This document shows positions 8,887 to 18,760 of a DNA stretch of 64,000 bases, in pieces. Positions within the stretch are counted from its first letter, which is position 1, and each line of letters starts with the position of its first letter. This DNA comes from Nanobdellota archaeon (GTDB taxonomy: Archaea > Nanobdellota > Nanobdellia > Woesearchaeales > JAGLXL01): positions 9,192-73,191 of the forward strand of contig JBHPDN010000001.1 of NCBI GenBank assembly GCA_042577865.1. The letters run 5' to 3'. The translations under genes were made by a program, and so were the position numbers. Under the pieces are notes generated by a model. The model worked only from the letters and a program-made list of their open reading frames with translations, did not search any database and was not told the DNA's origin.

Positions 8887-9501
8887 TTAGATTGATGCTG
8901 CAAATAAAAACCCAAAGAAAACAGCAATAAAAGCAAAGAAAACTACTAAAACCAACATAAGTACTGCTGGTAAAATCACACCTGCTAAAAAGGCCTTGCC
9001 CTTGCTGATCTTGTGTAAAATACTGCCTCCAATCACCATCAGGAAAGCTGTCCAGATCAATAACAATAAAGTAACAAGACTCAGCGCCAAACTCAAGGCA
9101 ACATTTTCATTCAGATTAACAAAAATCATGACAAGATAATAAATCAGACCAAAAATCATGCTTGGTGTGGCAGCATAAACATAAGTCTTGAAAGTATCCT
9201 CAAATTTGCCTTTGCCGCTGACTAGTTTAAAAAATCCATGCAGGATTCCTGTAATGATAAACAGCACAATCAATCCCAAAATAAAGAAAAGCAGCAAAAT
9301 CGGATAACTTAAATTGATATCTTGATACATCTTTCCGGCTTCTCCAACATAATAAGCAATTGTAAATAAGGCAAAACTCAGAACAAAGAAAACCAGATAA
9401 TAAAGAAAGGCAGGTCCAACCCCTTTTTCTTTCAAAACAGACTTGTAAAATTTAGTCGGTTGAGTTAAGACTCCCTTTAATTTTGAAAAAAAGTTTGCCA
9501 T
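8887..9501 (-). CDS. Yip1-domain membrane protein
   Basis: Start reassigned to MANFFSKLK. VLTQPTKFY N-terminus, 5 TMs, GKGKFEDTFKTYVYAATP, HKISKGKA. Confidence 0.8.
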   Translation of the reverse strand: MANFFSKLKGVLTQPTKFYKSVLKEKGVGPAFLYYLVFFVLSFALFTIAYYVGEAGKMYQDINLSYPILLLFFILGLIVLFIITGILHGFFKLVSGKGKFEDTFKTYVYAATPSMIFGLIYYLVMIFVNLNENVALSLALSLVTLLLLIWTAFLMVIGGSILHKISKGKAFLAGVILPAVLMLVLVVFFAFIAVFFGFLFAASI

Positions 9502-9580
9502 AAACAAGGGAATGTCAAAAGCATATAAATATTTTTCCAAAACAATAAAATTTAAATACCAATCAGATTTTATCAAAGCC

Positions 9581-9760
9581 ATGATGTTAGTTACAAAATC
9601 TCAAATCAAAGAGGCAGTCAAGTCAGCTAATTTAGGTATTGACAATATTTCTGGAGATTTTGCTGAAAAATTGGATCAAAAAGCCAAAGAATTGGTTAAA
9701 GAAGCTTGTCAAAGAGCTAAAGATAACGGCAGAAAGACAGTCATGGCCAAAGATTTGTAA
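9581..9760 (+). CDS. Short histone-fold protein (DUF1931-like)
   Basis: MMLVTKSQIKEAVK...SGDFAEKLDQK...RAKDNGRKTVMAKDL; histone RxTxxxxD motif; TATA just upstream. Confidence 0.88.
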   Translation: MMLVTKSQIKEAVKSANLGIDNISGDFAEKLDQKAKELVKEACQRAKDNGRKTVMAKDL

Positions 9761-9810
9761 AATCTTTGGGCGACCAAAAATCTATGATTTTTATGTATGG
9801 CTAAGGATCT

Positions 9811-10698
9811 TTAAGAAACCAGTCTTTTTAACCAGGCAACCATACCTTTTTTCTTCTTAGGTGGCGGCGGTGGCAGTTCTTTAAATTCCAAATTCTTTTC
9901 AGGCATCTTTGGAAACATCATTGGTCTTTGTAATTCTCTTGGTGGCTGCATTCCTCTTGGCGGCTCTGGAGCTTCCGGAAAAATCATCTTATGTTTAACT
10001 GGACCGGATTGAGGATGGAACATTTGAGGTGGAGGAACTGGTTTAGGACTTGGACCCATGGTTCTCAGCTCTTGTTTTTTCTTTTCCACAACTTCAATTC
10101 TTTTGGTAATCAGTTTTTCTCTCAATTCAGCCAATCTATTAGAAATTTTATCCAGCTGTTCCTCGCTGTGTTTGCCTGAACTTTTCAAGGATTCATATTT
10201 TTGTTCTAAGGAAGCTACTTGTTTTTCAAGTTTAGTAATCTCTTCAAAATTTTCTTCCATTTTTTCTTTAATTTTAATTTCCAGTTCTTCCATTCTTCTT
10301 TCTCTGTCTGTTTTGATATTGATGAAGGTGTTGATTCTGGAACTTAACTCAGCAATTAAAAAATTAATCCTCTCAATTTTTGGTTTTAAATCGTCAGTTT
10401 TAGTTAAGGATAAATGTGATTTCAGACTGCTTATCTGATTTTTCAAATCTCTGATATCTTTGTCTTCTTTTTTTAGAATTTCAGTTTCCAAACTAGCCAC
10501 TTGTAAAACCATATCTTCCAGTTTTTCAAGCTCTTGTCTAAAAGTTCTTTTGACCCCTGGCAAAGCAGCCATTTTTTTTACTTTAGCCAGTTGCTTATTC
10601 AAATCATCTCTGTTAGACTGGCCGGCATCTCTTTTTTCACTGGCTTCTGCTAGAAGCTGGGCAAAACGAACTGTTTTAGAAGGATTAACATCAGCCAT
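9811..10698 (-). CDS. Coiled-coil protein with Pro-rich C-terminus
   Basis: Long heptad region, Pro-rich tail, ends PPPPPKKKKGMVAWLKRLVS. Confidence 0.85.
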   Translation of the reverse strand: MADVNPSKTVRFAQLLAEASEKRDAGQSNRDDLNKQLAKVKKMAALPGVKRTFRQELEKLEDMVLQVASLETEILKKEDKDIRDLKNQISSLKSHLSLTKTDDLKPKIERINFLIAELSSRINTFINIKTDRERRMEELEIKIKEKMEENFEEITKLEKQVASLEQKYESLKSSGKHSEEQLDKISNRLAELREKLITKRIEVVEKKKQELRTMGPSPKPVPPPQMFHPQSGPVKHKMIFPEAPEPPRGMQPPRELQRPMMFPKMPEKNLEFKELPPPPPKKKKGMVAWLKRLVS

Positions 10699-10699
10699 T

Positions 10700-11290
10700 T
10701 TATTTTTTGAAGAACATTCCTAAAAGTCCTTTTTTGTGTGGCCCTGGTGGAGGAGGCATTTCTGACGGCATTGGAGCTCCGCTCGGTGGTGGAGCTAAGT
10801 GTGCTGTCGGTGTTGGCCTTCCTGAAGGAGCTGGTGGTGGAGGGGGCGGCATACTCGGACTTCTTCCTGGTGGAGGAGGCATTGGACTATGTGCCGGCAT
10901 CCTTGGCGGCACTCTTGGTACTGGTGGTGCCACTCTGATTGGCGGTGCCATTGGCGGTCTCCTCAAAGTTTCCACAATTGAAACCAAAGCTGTGGCAATT
11001 TCTTCATTTTGTTTTGCCAATTGGTCTATTTTTTTGCTCATACCTTTCAAAGCTGCTCCAGCGTCTCCTTTTTCATCAGTCTTTATTTCTTTTAAAGCTA
11101 TCTTAATAGCTTCCATAAAATCATGAATTGTATTTTTTACTTCAGCCATAGAAACAAGCAATTCTTTACCAACCTCATCTTCTGGCTTAGTTAATTTCTC
11201 CTTTAAGAGCTCGATTTCGTCTCTTAAATCAGAAAGAATTTGATGAGGGATAATTTCGTATTCTTCTTTTTCAACAGGTTTAGCTACCAT
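10700..11290 (-). CDS. Coiled-coil protein with polyproline C-terminus
   Basis: GGTGG SD-like element upstream; MPPPPPPAP runs; ends KKGLLGMFFKK. Confidence 0.85.
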   Translation of the reverse strand: MVAKPVEKEEYEIIPHQILSDLRDEIELLKEKLTKPEDEVGKELLVSMAEVKNTIHDFMEAIKIALKEIKTDEKGDAGAALKGMSKKIDQLAKQNEEIATALVSIVETLRRPPMAPPIRVAPPVPRVPPRMPAHSPMPPPPGRSPSMPPPPPPAPSGRPTPTAHLAPPPSGAPMPSEMPPPPGPHKKGLLGMFFKK

Positions 11291-11396
11291 TTAAAACCAC
11301 CTTTTTTCTTGATTAAACTGAATTAATCAATTTTGGTTTATAAAGATTGCGTTTAATAAAGTTAAATATATAAAAGAGCAGGTCAAAAAAGTTAGC

Positions 11397-12245
11397 ATGA
11401 ATCAAAGGGACTTGCTTTGCAGTAGAATTGACCATTATTACATCAAAGATTGTGTTGGCAATGGTGGTTTCTCATGGGTTTACCGGGCTCTTGACCTTGA
11501 AAATCAAAAGTATGTCATTCTCAAAATCTTAAACCCTGACAAATCAGAAAATCCAATAGAAGTAGCCAGATCTGAACGTGAAGCAAAAATTTTGTCTGAA
11601 CTTGACCATCCTGGCATCATCAACATCATTGGAGACGCTAAGCTCCCTCCAGAAAAAAAACTTTCACATTATTTAGTTTTAGAAGATTTTCCTAGTTTTG
11701 ATTTAGAAAGTTGGGTTGGAACAGGCTACACTCAAAGATGGAGCTTATCCAAAAAAGCAGGCATTATTTTAGACACTGCCAGAGCTCTGGACTATTGTCA
11801 TCAAAAAGGTTTTATCCATCTTGACGGCAAGCTGGCTAATATTTTATATGATGGTAAAAAGGTCAAGATTATTGATTTTTACCTGGCCAAGGATTTGAAC
11901 AGACCAGAACTCAATGTCAGTCGTGGCCGGGATAATGTAGTTTATGGCACAGCCCAATTCATACCTCTTGAATTACTAAGTAAAAGAGACTGCCCTGCTT
12001 CAGATATTTTTTCATTAGGGGTTATTTTTTACAGTCTTCTCAAAGACAGAACTCTGCCATTCCCAGGTATTGAAGATGCTACTGATGCCATCAGAAAGCT
12101 GACAGAAGTTCCTTATCCCTTACATGTCGGAGCCAAAAGAGAACCCAAACAAATTCAGGACATTCTCATGGGCATGACCGAACCATCAGCTGGCGACAGA
12201 CCCCGAGCTGATGAAGTTGTTTCTGCTTTAAAGAAAATAGTTTAA
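11397..12245 (+). CDS. Hanks-type Ser/Thr protein kinase
   Basis: GNGGFSWVY, VILKIL, alphaC Glu (EREAKIL), HLDGKLANIL, DFY, GTAQFIPLE, DIFSLG. Confidence 0.9.
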   Translation: MNQRDLLCSRIDHYYIKDCVGNGGFSWVYRALDLENQKYVILKILNPDKSENPIEVARSEREAKILSELDHPGIINIIGDAKLPPEKKLSHYLVLEDFPSFDLESWVGTGYTQRWSLSKKAGIILDTARALDYCHQKGFIHLDGKLANILYDGKKVKIIDFYLAKDLNRPELNVSRGRDNVVYGTAQFIPLELLSKRDCPASDIFSLGVIFYSLLKDRTLPFPGIEDATDAIRKLTEVPYPLHVGAKREPKQIQDILMGMTEPSAGDRPRADEVVSALKKIV

Positions 12246-12257
12246 AAAAATAAAAAA

Positions 12258-13889
12258 TTACATCCCCATTCCAGGTGGCATTCCGCCAGGAGGCATTTGT
12301 GGACCGGATTGTTTACCGCTGGCAATGACGTCATCAATTCTAAGAATCATTTCTGCCACTTCAGCTGCTGAACCAACTGCCTGTGTTTTAATTTTCAACG
12401 GTTCAATAACTCCACTTCGCCAGGCATTAATAACTCGGCCGGTAAAAACATCAATACCACCCCATTTCTCCTTCTTGGCATGAGCTTGATTTAATTTGGT
12501 CATGACATCAATCGGATCCAGACCAGCATTTTCAGAAAGTGTCCGAGGGATTACTTCCATCGCATCTGCAAAAGCATTGATTGCCAACTGTTCGCGACCT
12601 TTGTGATGACCTGCAAACTTACGCAACAAACGAGCCAGTTCAACTTCAGGAGCACCAGCACCACCTACAGCCTTTCCATTCTTAAGTGTCGCAGCAATGT
12701 CACCGATAGCATCGTCAATTGCTCTTTTGATTTCATCAGAAACATGTTCTGTTCCGCCTCTAATCAACAAAGTAACAGCTTTTGGATTTTTGCATTCCTC
12801 AACAAAAACCATTTCTTCATCGCCGACTTTTTCCTCACGGACAACACCAGCCATACCCAAATCTGCTGCAGTTAAATCATTCAAGTTAGTTACAACTTTA
12901 GCGCCAGTTGCCCGAGCCAACTTGTCCATATCAGATTTTTTAATCCGTCTGACAGCAAAGATTCCAGCCTTAGCTAAAAAATGCTGAGCTAAATCATCAA
13001 TACCTTTCTGACAGAAAATAACACTGGCACCAGAAGCAATAATCTTGTCAACCATATTTCGTAAAGTTCTTTCTTCCTGTTCTAAAAAAGCTTCAATCTG
13101 TGACGGATCAGTTATTTGAATCTTAGCGTCAATCTCAGTATTTTTAATTTCTAAAGCGCTGTCAACCAAAGCTAGTTTAGCATTTTCAACTTTTCTAGGC
13201 ATGCCTGCATGAACTTTTTCCTTGTCAATTAAAATACCTCTAATTAACTCACTTTTCTCAGCAGAACTACCCACCCTTTTCTCAATTTTAATATTTTCAG
13301 TGTCAATAAAAAAAGAGCCGTTTTCAATTTCAGCCACATCTTTGACAGCCTTAATCACCAGACCGGCCAAAACTTCTTTGGCAGTTTCAGCGCCCTTGCC
13401 AGTCATAGCAGTCATGGCAATATTTTTCAAAACAGCTTCATCCTTCATGCTTACTGTTTCAGCCATATCTTCTAAAATCTCATGAGCTTTTTTAGCTGCC
13501 AATCTGTAACCTTTGGCAATAATTGTTGGATGAATCTCTTGGTCTAACAAATCTTCAGATTTCTTTAACAATTCACCGGCTAAAACTACAGCTGTAGTGG
13601 TTCCGTCACCAACTTCATCTTCTTGTGATTTAGCCACTTCTACAATCATCTTAGCAGCCGGATGTTCAATATTCATTTCATTAAGTATAGTCACACCGTC
13701 ATTGGTCACAATGATATCATTCATAGAATCAACTAGCATCTTGTCCATGCCTTTTGGACCCAGTGTAGTTCGAACTGTCTGAGCAACTGCTTTAGCCGCC
13801 ATAATATTCATTCTTTGTGCATCTTTTCCAGATGTTCTTCTAGTATCTTCAGGTAAAATAAAGATTGGTTGTACATTTCCTTCAGCCAT
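12258..13889 (-). CDS. thsA: Thermosome subunit (group II chaperonin)
   Basis: [35 protein letters not shown]-rich tail. Confidence 0.98.
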   Translation of the reverse strand: MAEGNVQPIFILPEDTRRTSGKDAQRMNIMAAKAVAQTVRTTLGPKGMDKMLVDSMNDIIVTNDGVTILNEMNIEHPAAKMIVEVAKSQEDEVGDGTTTAVVLAGELLKKSEDLLDQEIHPTIIAKGYRLAAKKAHEILEDMAETVSMKDEAVLKNIAMTAMTGKGAETAKEVLAGLVIKAVKDVAEIENGSFFIDTENIKIEKRVGSSAEKSELIRGILIDKEKVHAGMPRKVENAKLALVDSALEIKNTEIDAKIQITDPSQIEAFLEQEERTLRNMVDKIIASGASVIFCQKGIDDLAQHFLAKAGIFAVRRIKKSDMDKLARATGAKVVTNLNDLTAADLGMAGVVREEKVGDEEMVFVEECKNPKAVTLLIRGGTEHVSDEIKRAIDDAIGDIAATLKNGKAVGGAGAPEVELARLLRKFAGHHKGREQLAINAFADAMEVIPRTLSENAGLDPIDVMTKLNQAHAKKEKWGGIDVFTGRVINAWRSGVIEPLKIKTQAVGSAAEVAEMILRIDDVIASGKQSGPQMPPGGMPPGMGM

Positions 13890-14050
13890 AGATATCCCCT
13901 CGCATTTATAAGAAAACTTGATAAGTAGTTATATATAAAGATTGTGGTTAGTTAATCATAATTAATCTAAGGAATTATCTTAAAATCAAAAAAGAACCAT
14001 ATAAAAACTTAACCATAACCTTTAAAAATAACAAAGAATTCCAACAAAGC

Positions 14051-14392
14051 ATGCCAAAAAGACCAGTCCTGGGTTTAACCGAAAAAATCACTGTTATCGG
14101 ACCAGAAAAGAAAAAAACTGTTATGGCTCGTATAGATACCGGTGCCACTAAATCTTCTATTGATGTCGCCCTAGCTGCCGACCTAAAACTAGGCCCGGTT
14201 ATTTCAAAAAAATTAGTCAAATCAGCCAGCGGAACCATTATGAGGCCGGTCATCAAAGCAAAAGTTACTTTAATCAGAAAAAATTTCAATGAAGAATTTA
14301 CCTTAGCCGAAAGAAGTCATCTCAAATATCCTGTGCTTATCGGACAAAATATTCTTAAAAAAGAAAAATTCCTCATCGACCCTTTAAAATGA
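14051..14392 (+). CDS. RimK-associated putative protease (retropepsin-like / 'ATP-dependent zinc protease' family)
   Basis: ARIDTGATKSSID, RPVI, ERSHLKYPVLIGQNIL; ATGA overlap with rimK. Confidence 0.88.
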   Translation: MPKRPVLGLTEKITVIGPEKKKTVMARIDTGATKSSIDVALAADLKLGPVISKKLVKSASGTIMRPVIKAKVTLIRKNFNEEFTLAERSHLKYPVLIGQNILKKEKFLIDPLK

Positions 14393-15459
14393 AAGCTGCA
14401 TTAATCTCCCTTGGTAGTAAGAGTTCAGAATGGACTGTTGAAGCCATGAAAAAGTATTTTGACGAAGTTGAAAATGTTAATCTAAAAAATATTGAAGTCA
14501 ATCTTGGAGAAGAAGGAGAAGTTCTTTACAAAGAAGAACCCCTCAAAAAATATGACTGTGTTTTTGCCAAAGGTTCTTTCCGTTACACTAATCTGCTCCA
14601 ATCTATCGCTTCACTTCTCTACAAAAACACTTACATGCCCATCCAACCAAGAGCTTTCACCATTGCTCACAACAAACTTCTTACTCACTTGGAACTGCAA
14701 AAAAATAGAATTCCCTCTCCTAAAACATACATCTCTCCCACACAGGAAGCAGCCAAAGTCATTCTTAAAAAAATCAATTATCCTATTGTCATGAAATTCC
14801 CAGAAGGTACACAGGGCAAGGGTGTCATGTTTGCCGATTCTTTTGCTTCAGCTTCATCATTACTAGACGCTCTGGGCGCCCTAAAACAGCCGTTCATTAT
14901 CCAGGAATTTATTGAGTCAGGCAATGTTGATATCAGGGCTTTTGTTGTTGGTGACAAAGTTGTAGCTGCCATGATGAGAAAGGCAGAATCATCAGAACGC
15001 CGGGCTAACATCCATGCTGGCGGCAAAGGCAAAGCTGTTGAATTAGACCGTCAGAGTACTAAAATTGCTGTGGCTACTGCCAAAGCTCTTGGTGCTGAAA
15101 TTTGTGGGGTAGATATCTTGGAAGGGCCTAAAGGTCCGCTAGTCCTTGAAGCTAATATTTCTCCTGGTCTGCAGGGCATTTCTGCTGTTACTAAAATTGA
15201 CATTGCTGACAAGATTGCTAAATTCCTTGCCGACAAGACCAAGGAATTTGTGACTGTTAGGAAAAGGAGCAGTGCTGAAAAAATTGTTTCTGAAAAGATT
15301 GGCAAAGCAGAAGCCAAAGAGATTATTACCACTCTTGATTTCAGAGGGGAAAGAATTCTTGTTCCAGAAGTTATCAGTAAACTAACAAAATTCAACGAAA
15401 GGGACAACTACACTCTTAAAGCTCAAAAAGGCAAATTAAGTATTGAAGAATTTAAATAA
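14389..15459 (+). CDS. rimK: RimK-family ATP-grasp alpha-L-glutamate ligase with extra C-terminal domain
   Basis: NKLLTH, YPIVMKFPEGTQGKGV, QEFI, DIRAFVVG, RANIHAGG, GVDIL, EANISPG. Confidence 0.9.
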   Translation: MKAALISLGSKSSEWTVEAMKKYFDEVENVNLKNIEVNLGEEGEVLYKEEPLKKYDCVFAKGSFRYTNLLQSIASLLYKNTYMPIQPRAFTIAHNKLLTHLELQKNRIPSPKTYISPTQEAAKVILKKINYPIVMKFPEGTQGKGVMFADSFASASSLLDALGALKQPFIIQEFIESGNVDIRAFVVGDKVVAAMMRKAESSERRANIHAGGKGKAVELDRQSTKIAVATAKALGAEICGVDILEGPKGPLVLEANISPGLQGISAVTKIDIADKIAKFLADKTKEFVTVRKRSSAEKIVSEKIGKAEAKEIITTLDFRGERILVPEVISKLTKFNERDNYTLKAQKGKLSIEEFK

Positions 15460-16261
15460 ATTTTGACAGGCGGGAAATAACATCTTGATGATTAATACTG
15501 TTGCTTCCCACTACTCCGCCGCCGATGATTGGTTCTGTCACACTGTATTCTAAAGGTTTGTCATAAAAACTAGTTATTTTTCCCTTTGCTTCTCTTAAGA
15601 TTATATCTGAAGCACATACTCCCCAATGATGGACTGTATGTGTTCGAATGCAGGCATCATATTCACCGTTAGCCACCAAACATAATTTCAATCCCAGACT
15701 TCCCATGCCTTTGACTGAACCAAAAGGCACTTCTTTTACAATATCAGTTAGTTTGGGGTCAACATTAGAACGGGTTACTAAAATTTTTGAGGTGTGAAGA
15801 CTTGGAGTATTAGAAACAAAAATTTGTTTTGGTTCTCCTCCACTCTCTTCTAAATAAGCTCCTCCCCCTTCAAAAGCATAAAACAATCTGTCAACTGCCG
15901 GCAGATAAACAACACCCAAAACCGCTTTGGTGTCTTCTACCTTACCCAACATGATTGAAAACTCTTTTCTATTATTCACAAATTCAACTGTTCCGTCCAA
16001 AGGATCCAATAACCAAAAACTCCTTGGATTTGCCATTTTTTCAGAACCTTCTTCAGAGATAATCCCATCATCCGGGAAATGTTCTTCTAGTTTGGAAACA
16101 ATATAATCATTAGCACCCTTGTCAGCGCTGGTTACTGGAGTTAAATTAGCCTTTTCTGTGACATGATAGATGCCAGTATCATAAAATTTCATGATTATTT
16201 TACCGGCTTCCCTGACAATGGCCTTGGCCAATTCCATTTCCCTGGCTAATCTTTCACTCAT
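15452..16261 (-). CDS. Inositol monophosphatase / CysQ family phosphatase
   Basis: PVTSAD, ISEE, WLLDPLDGTVEF, EAKGKIT; the WD motif appears as WG. Confidence 0.88.
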   Translation of the reverse strand: MSERLAREMELAKAIVREAGKIIMKFYDTGIYHVTEKANLTPVTSADKGANDYIVSKLEEHFPDDGIISEEGSEKMANPRSFWLLDPLDGTVEFVNNRKEFSIMLGKVEDTKAVLGVVYLPAVDRLFYAFEGGGAYLEESGGEPKQIFVSNTPSLHTSKILVTRSNVDPKLTDIVKEVPFGSVKGMGSLGLKLCLVANGEYDACIRTHTVHHWGVCASDIILREAKGKITSFYDKPLEYSVTEPIIGGGVVGSNSINHQDVISRLSKFI

Positions 16262-17646
16262 TTTTCCTCATCAAATATTTTCCAGCTCCACCACTGCGAG
16301 TCGTTAGCTGTTTTTAATAATTGTAAATCATTGAATAATAATCTTCTGATAAAGTCAAGATAACCAGTTACTCTTTTTTCTCCTCTGCCAATGCCTTGCC
16401 TGATTGGCAGTCCCTGGCTGCCAAAATAAAAGTCAAGGTTGCTGGCCAGCCTTTTCAACTGAGCTGTATGGATATCTTGAAGTTTGTAAGTCGGACATTG
16501 TCGCAATAAATCATTTATTTGTCCAGGACTGTATTTTGTTCTCACTGCCGCAATATGGATTGTCTGTTCAATAGCTGTGGCCAAATAGGTTACATAAGCC
16601 TGGGCAAAATTTTCTTTGCCAATAACATCATTGACTAATCTGGCCAGTTCATCAACATCATGGACTCTCTCAACCTCGCCAGTTAATTCACCTCTGTAGA
16701 ATGCTTTCTGACCTTCATAATAAGCAATCACAAAAGGAATCTGTTCAACCGGGATCTTGGTATTTTCATCAATCAAATACCTGGTCGGATCTAAAATTAA
16801 TTTTCCTTTTCTGACATCTTCAAAATCAATTAATTTATCTAAAACATGGGCTGCATTTAAGTCGCCGTGAATAATTCCAACTTCATTAGTGTCATTCATG
16901 GCCTTTCTTCCTTTTCTAATCAACTGTCCGGCCATCTTGTCTATATTTACACCCAACTTTTTCCTGATTTGGCCCTTTGCCTTTCCTTCCTTGACCATAA
17001 TTTCTTTAAAATGGTGGAAATAAGCTAATCTTGTCAGGTATTTAGCATAAACCCTTACCTGTTGGTTGACAGGAGCATCTTCCAGATTTATTCGGTTAGC
17101 AAAATTAGCAGAATATTGCTCGCAATAAGCATGGAATCTGGCAATCATATCCATGGCTTCATAAACCAAAACCATTTTGGCTTCATCCAGTTTGTCTCTA
17201 ACCCTCCTAACCTCATCAGTATTCTCTCCCTGCAATGCACTAAATTTTTCTTTTTCTATTGCTGCAAATTTTTTCCTGTGGCAATCACCATGAACCCATT
17301 CTCTAAAGTATAACAAATGCTCCTTATTATAACCTAAAAATTGAGGAATAAGTTTAAGAGCTACACTAGGATCAGCTTCAGAAAGAATCTTATTAATGCC
17401 AGTTTCCCTGTAATGGGCTAAACTAGGGTCATTAAATTTTCTTGAAGTAGAAGTCATACCTTGAGCATATGAAAACCTTTTGACCATGATGTCCAGATCA
17501 TCAGGTTGGACTCGGACACGATAAATTGTAGAATATCTTCTTTTATAAGTCTCTAAAACTTCGAAACCATCCATGGGTAATTCCAGTCCTTTAAAGTCAC
17601 TTCGTTTCAGTCCATTCCTTGCCATTTTAATTCGATTTTCAATCAA
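16258..17646 (-). CDS. Kinase-like phosphotransferase (APH/choline kinase superfamily)
   Basis: MVKRF Lys, RE helix, IIHGDLNAAHVL catalytic loop, LIDFED; ATGA overlap with the IMPase gene. Confidence 0.7.
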   Translation of the reverse strand: MIENRIKMARNGLKRSDFKGLELPMDGFEVLETYKRRYSTIYRVRVQPDDLDIMVKRFSYAQGMTSTSRKFNDPSLAHYRETGINKILSEADPSVALKLIPQFLGYNKEHLLYFREWVHGDCHRKKFAAIEKEKFSALQGENTDEVRRVRDKLDEAKMVLVYEAMDMIARFHAYCEQYSANFANRINLEDAPVNQQVRVYAKYLTRLAYFHHFKEIMVKEGKAKGQIRKKLGVNIDKMAGQLIRKGRKAMNDTNEVGIIHGDLNAAHVLDKLIDFEDVRKGKLILDPTRYLIDENTKIPVEQIPFVIAYYEGQKAFYRGELTGEVERVHDVDELARLVNDVIGKENFAQAYVTYLATAIEQTIHIAAVRTKYSPGQINDLLRQCPTYKLQDIHTAQLKRLASNLDFYFGSQGLPIRQGIGRGEKRVTGYLDFIRRLLFNDLQLLKTANDSQWWSWKIFDEEK

Positions 17647-17662
17647 CCCTATTTAAATTTAA

Positions 17663-18616
17663 CTAAAAATAAATACATCTTCCAATATCTTGTACAGTCA
17701 GAGTTGTTTGTTTCAAATGATTGACTAAAAAACCAATTTTCTTTGCTGATTTATTTTCAAGATAGAAGTCATCTAACTTTCTGATAGCCGGTTCTTTCTC
17801 TGTTGACATCTCATAAGCTAAATTAACGTCTTGGTTGTGATAAGACTTCATCATGTTTAGATAAGTGCTCTCCACTTGGGCTAAAATCTGGACAAATTCT
17901 TTTTGCTTTGCTTTACTCAGCTGGATTTCTCTCATGATTTTGGCAACCCTCTTGACAGTATCACCAATATGTTCAATATTGGCTGTCAAACGCCACAACC
18001 CCAATAAATTCCAAGGTTCCAGATCAAACAGTTTTTTAGCCACCAAAGGATTTTTTAGCCCATACTTTATGGCTCTGAAAATCAAATAAGTTAAACGATT
18101 TATATCCCCATCTCTGGAATAAATATTATCAAAATTGTCTTCTTCAAAAGATTTTTTAGTATCAACCATCATGGAACGTACAATGATATCCATTTTTCTG
18201 ATTAGACTGGTAATTGAAATTTCCTTCATATTCAGAAAATCCTTGGCCACTATTCTGTCGCCTGTCTGCTCCATGGTTTCCAAGGCAATCAGACCTCTAA
18301 TCAGTTCTTTGATTGGTTCTGCTTTTTCTTTTATATCCTTACCTTTAAGAACTATAGACTCAAAACCATCAATATATGCAGGTATAATTTCCCTATACAA
18401 CTGTTTTACACTTTTGCCTTCAACATTTATCAGTATTTCTTTTGGTTCAGAAGGCTGGTCATTTTCATTTATCTTTGGCTGTAAAACGAGATTTCCATAC
18501 TCTTGATCCAAACGGATGAGATCTCCTTTCTTTAGTTTATTTTCAAAAACCCAATTTTTAGGAATAGAAACAACATAACTGCTTTTTCCAAATGATATTA
18601 ATTTTCTGTATTCCAT
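17663..18616 (-). CDS. phoU: Archaeal phosphate uptake regulator (AbrB-type N-domain + PhoU domains)
   Basis: MEYRKLISFGKSSYVVSIPKNWV; DGDINRL; IEHIGD; GGGGG SD-like element before the reassigned start. Confidence 0.9.
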   Translation of the reverse strand: MEYRKLISFGKSSYVVSIPKNWVFENKLKKGDLIRLDQEYGNLVLQPKINENDQPSEPKEILINVEGKSVKQLYREIIPAYIDGFESIVLKGKDIKEKAEPIKELIRGLIALETMEQTGDRIVAKDFLNMKEISITSLIRKMDIIVRSMMVDTKKSFEEDNFDNIYSRDGDINRLTYLIFRAIKYGLKNPLVAKKLFDLEPWNLLGLWRLTANIEHIGDTVKRVAKIMREIQLSKAKQKEFVQILAQVESTYLNMMKSYHNQDVNLAYEMSTEKEPAIRKLDDFYLENKSAKKIGFLVNHLKQTTLTVQDIGRCIYF

Positions 18617-18760
18617 ATAAATCCCCCCAAATAGCATATACACAAAATAATGCATATATAGCATTTAGGAAATGTATTTATATATAAATCTAACTGTTAT
18701 AACCAACCAATTAGTAATACATCAACTAAAGGGTATTATAGACTATAAAGGCAATCTAAA

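Noticed and set aside
10707..11126. Gly-rich 139-aa ORF and local GC-rich patch suggesting foreign DNA or an RNA gene
   Set aside because: Explained by Pro codons of the minus-strand gene.
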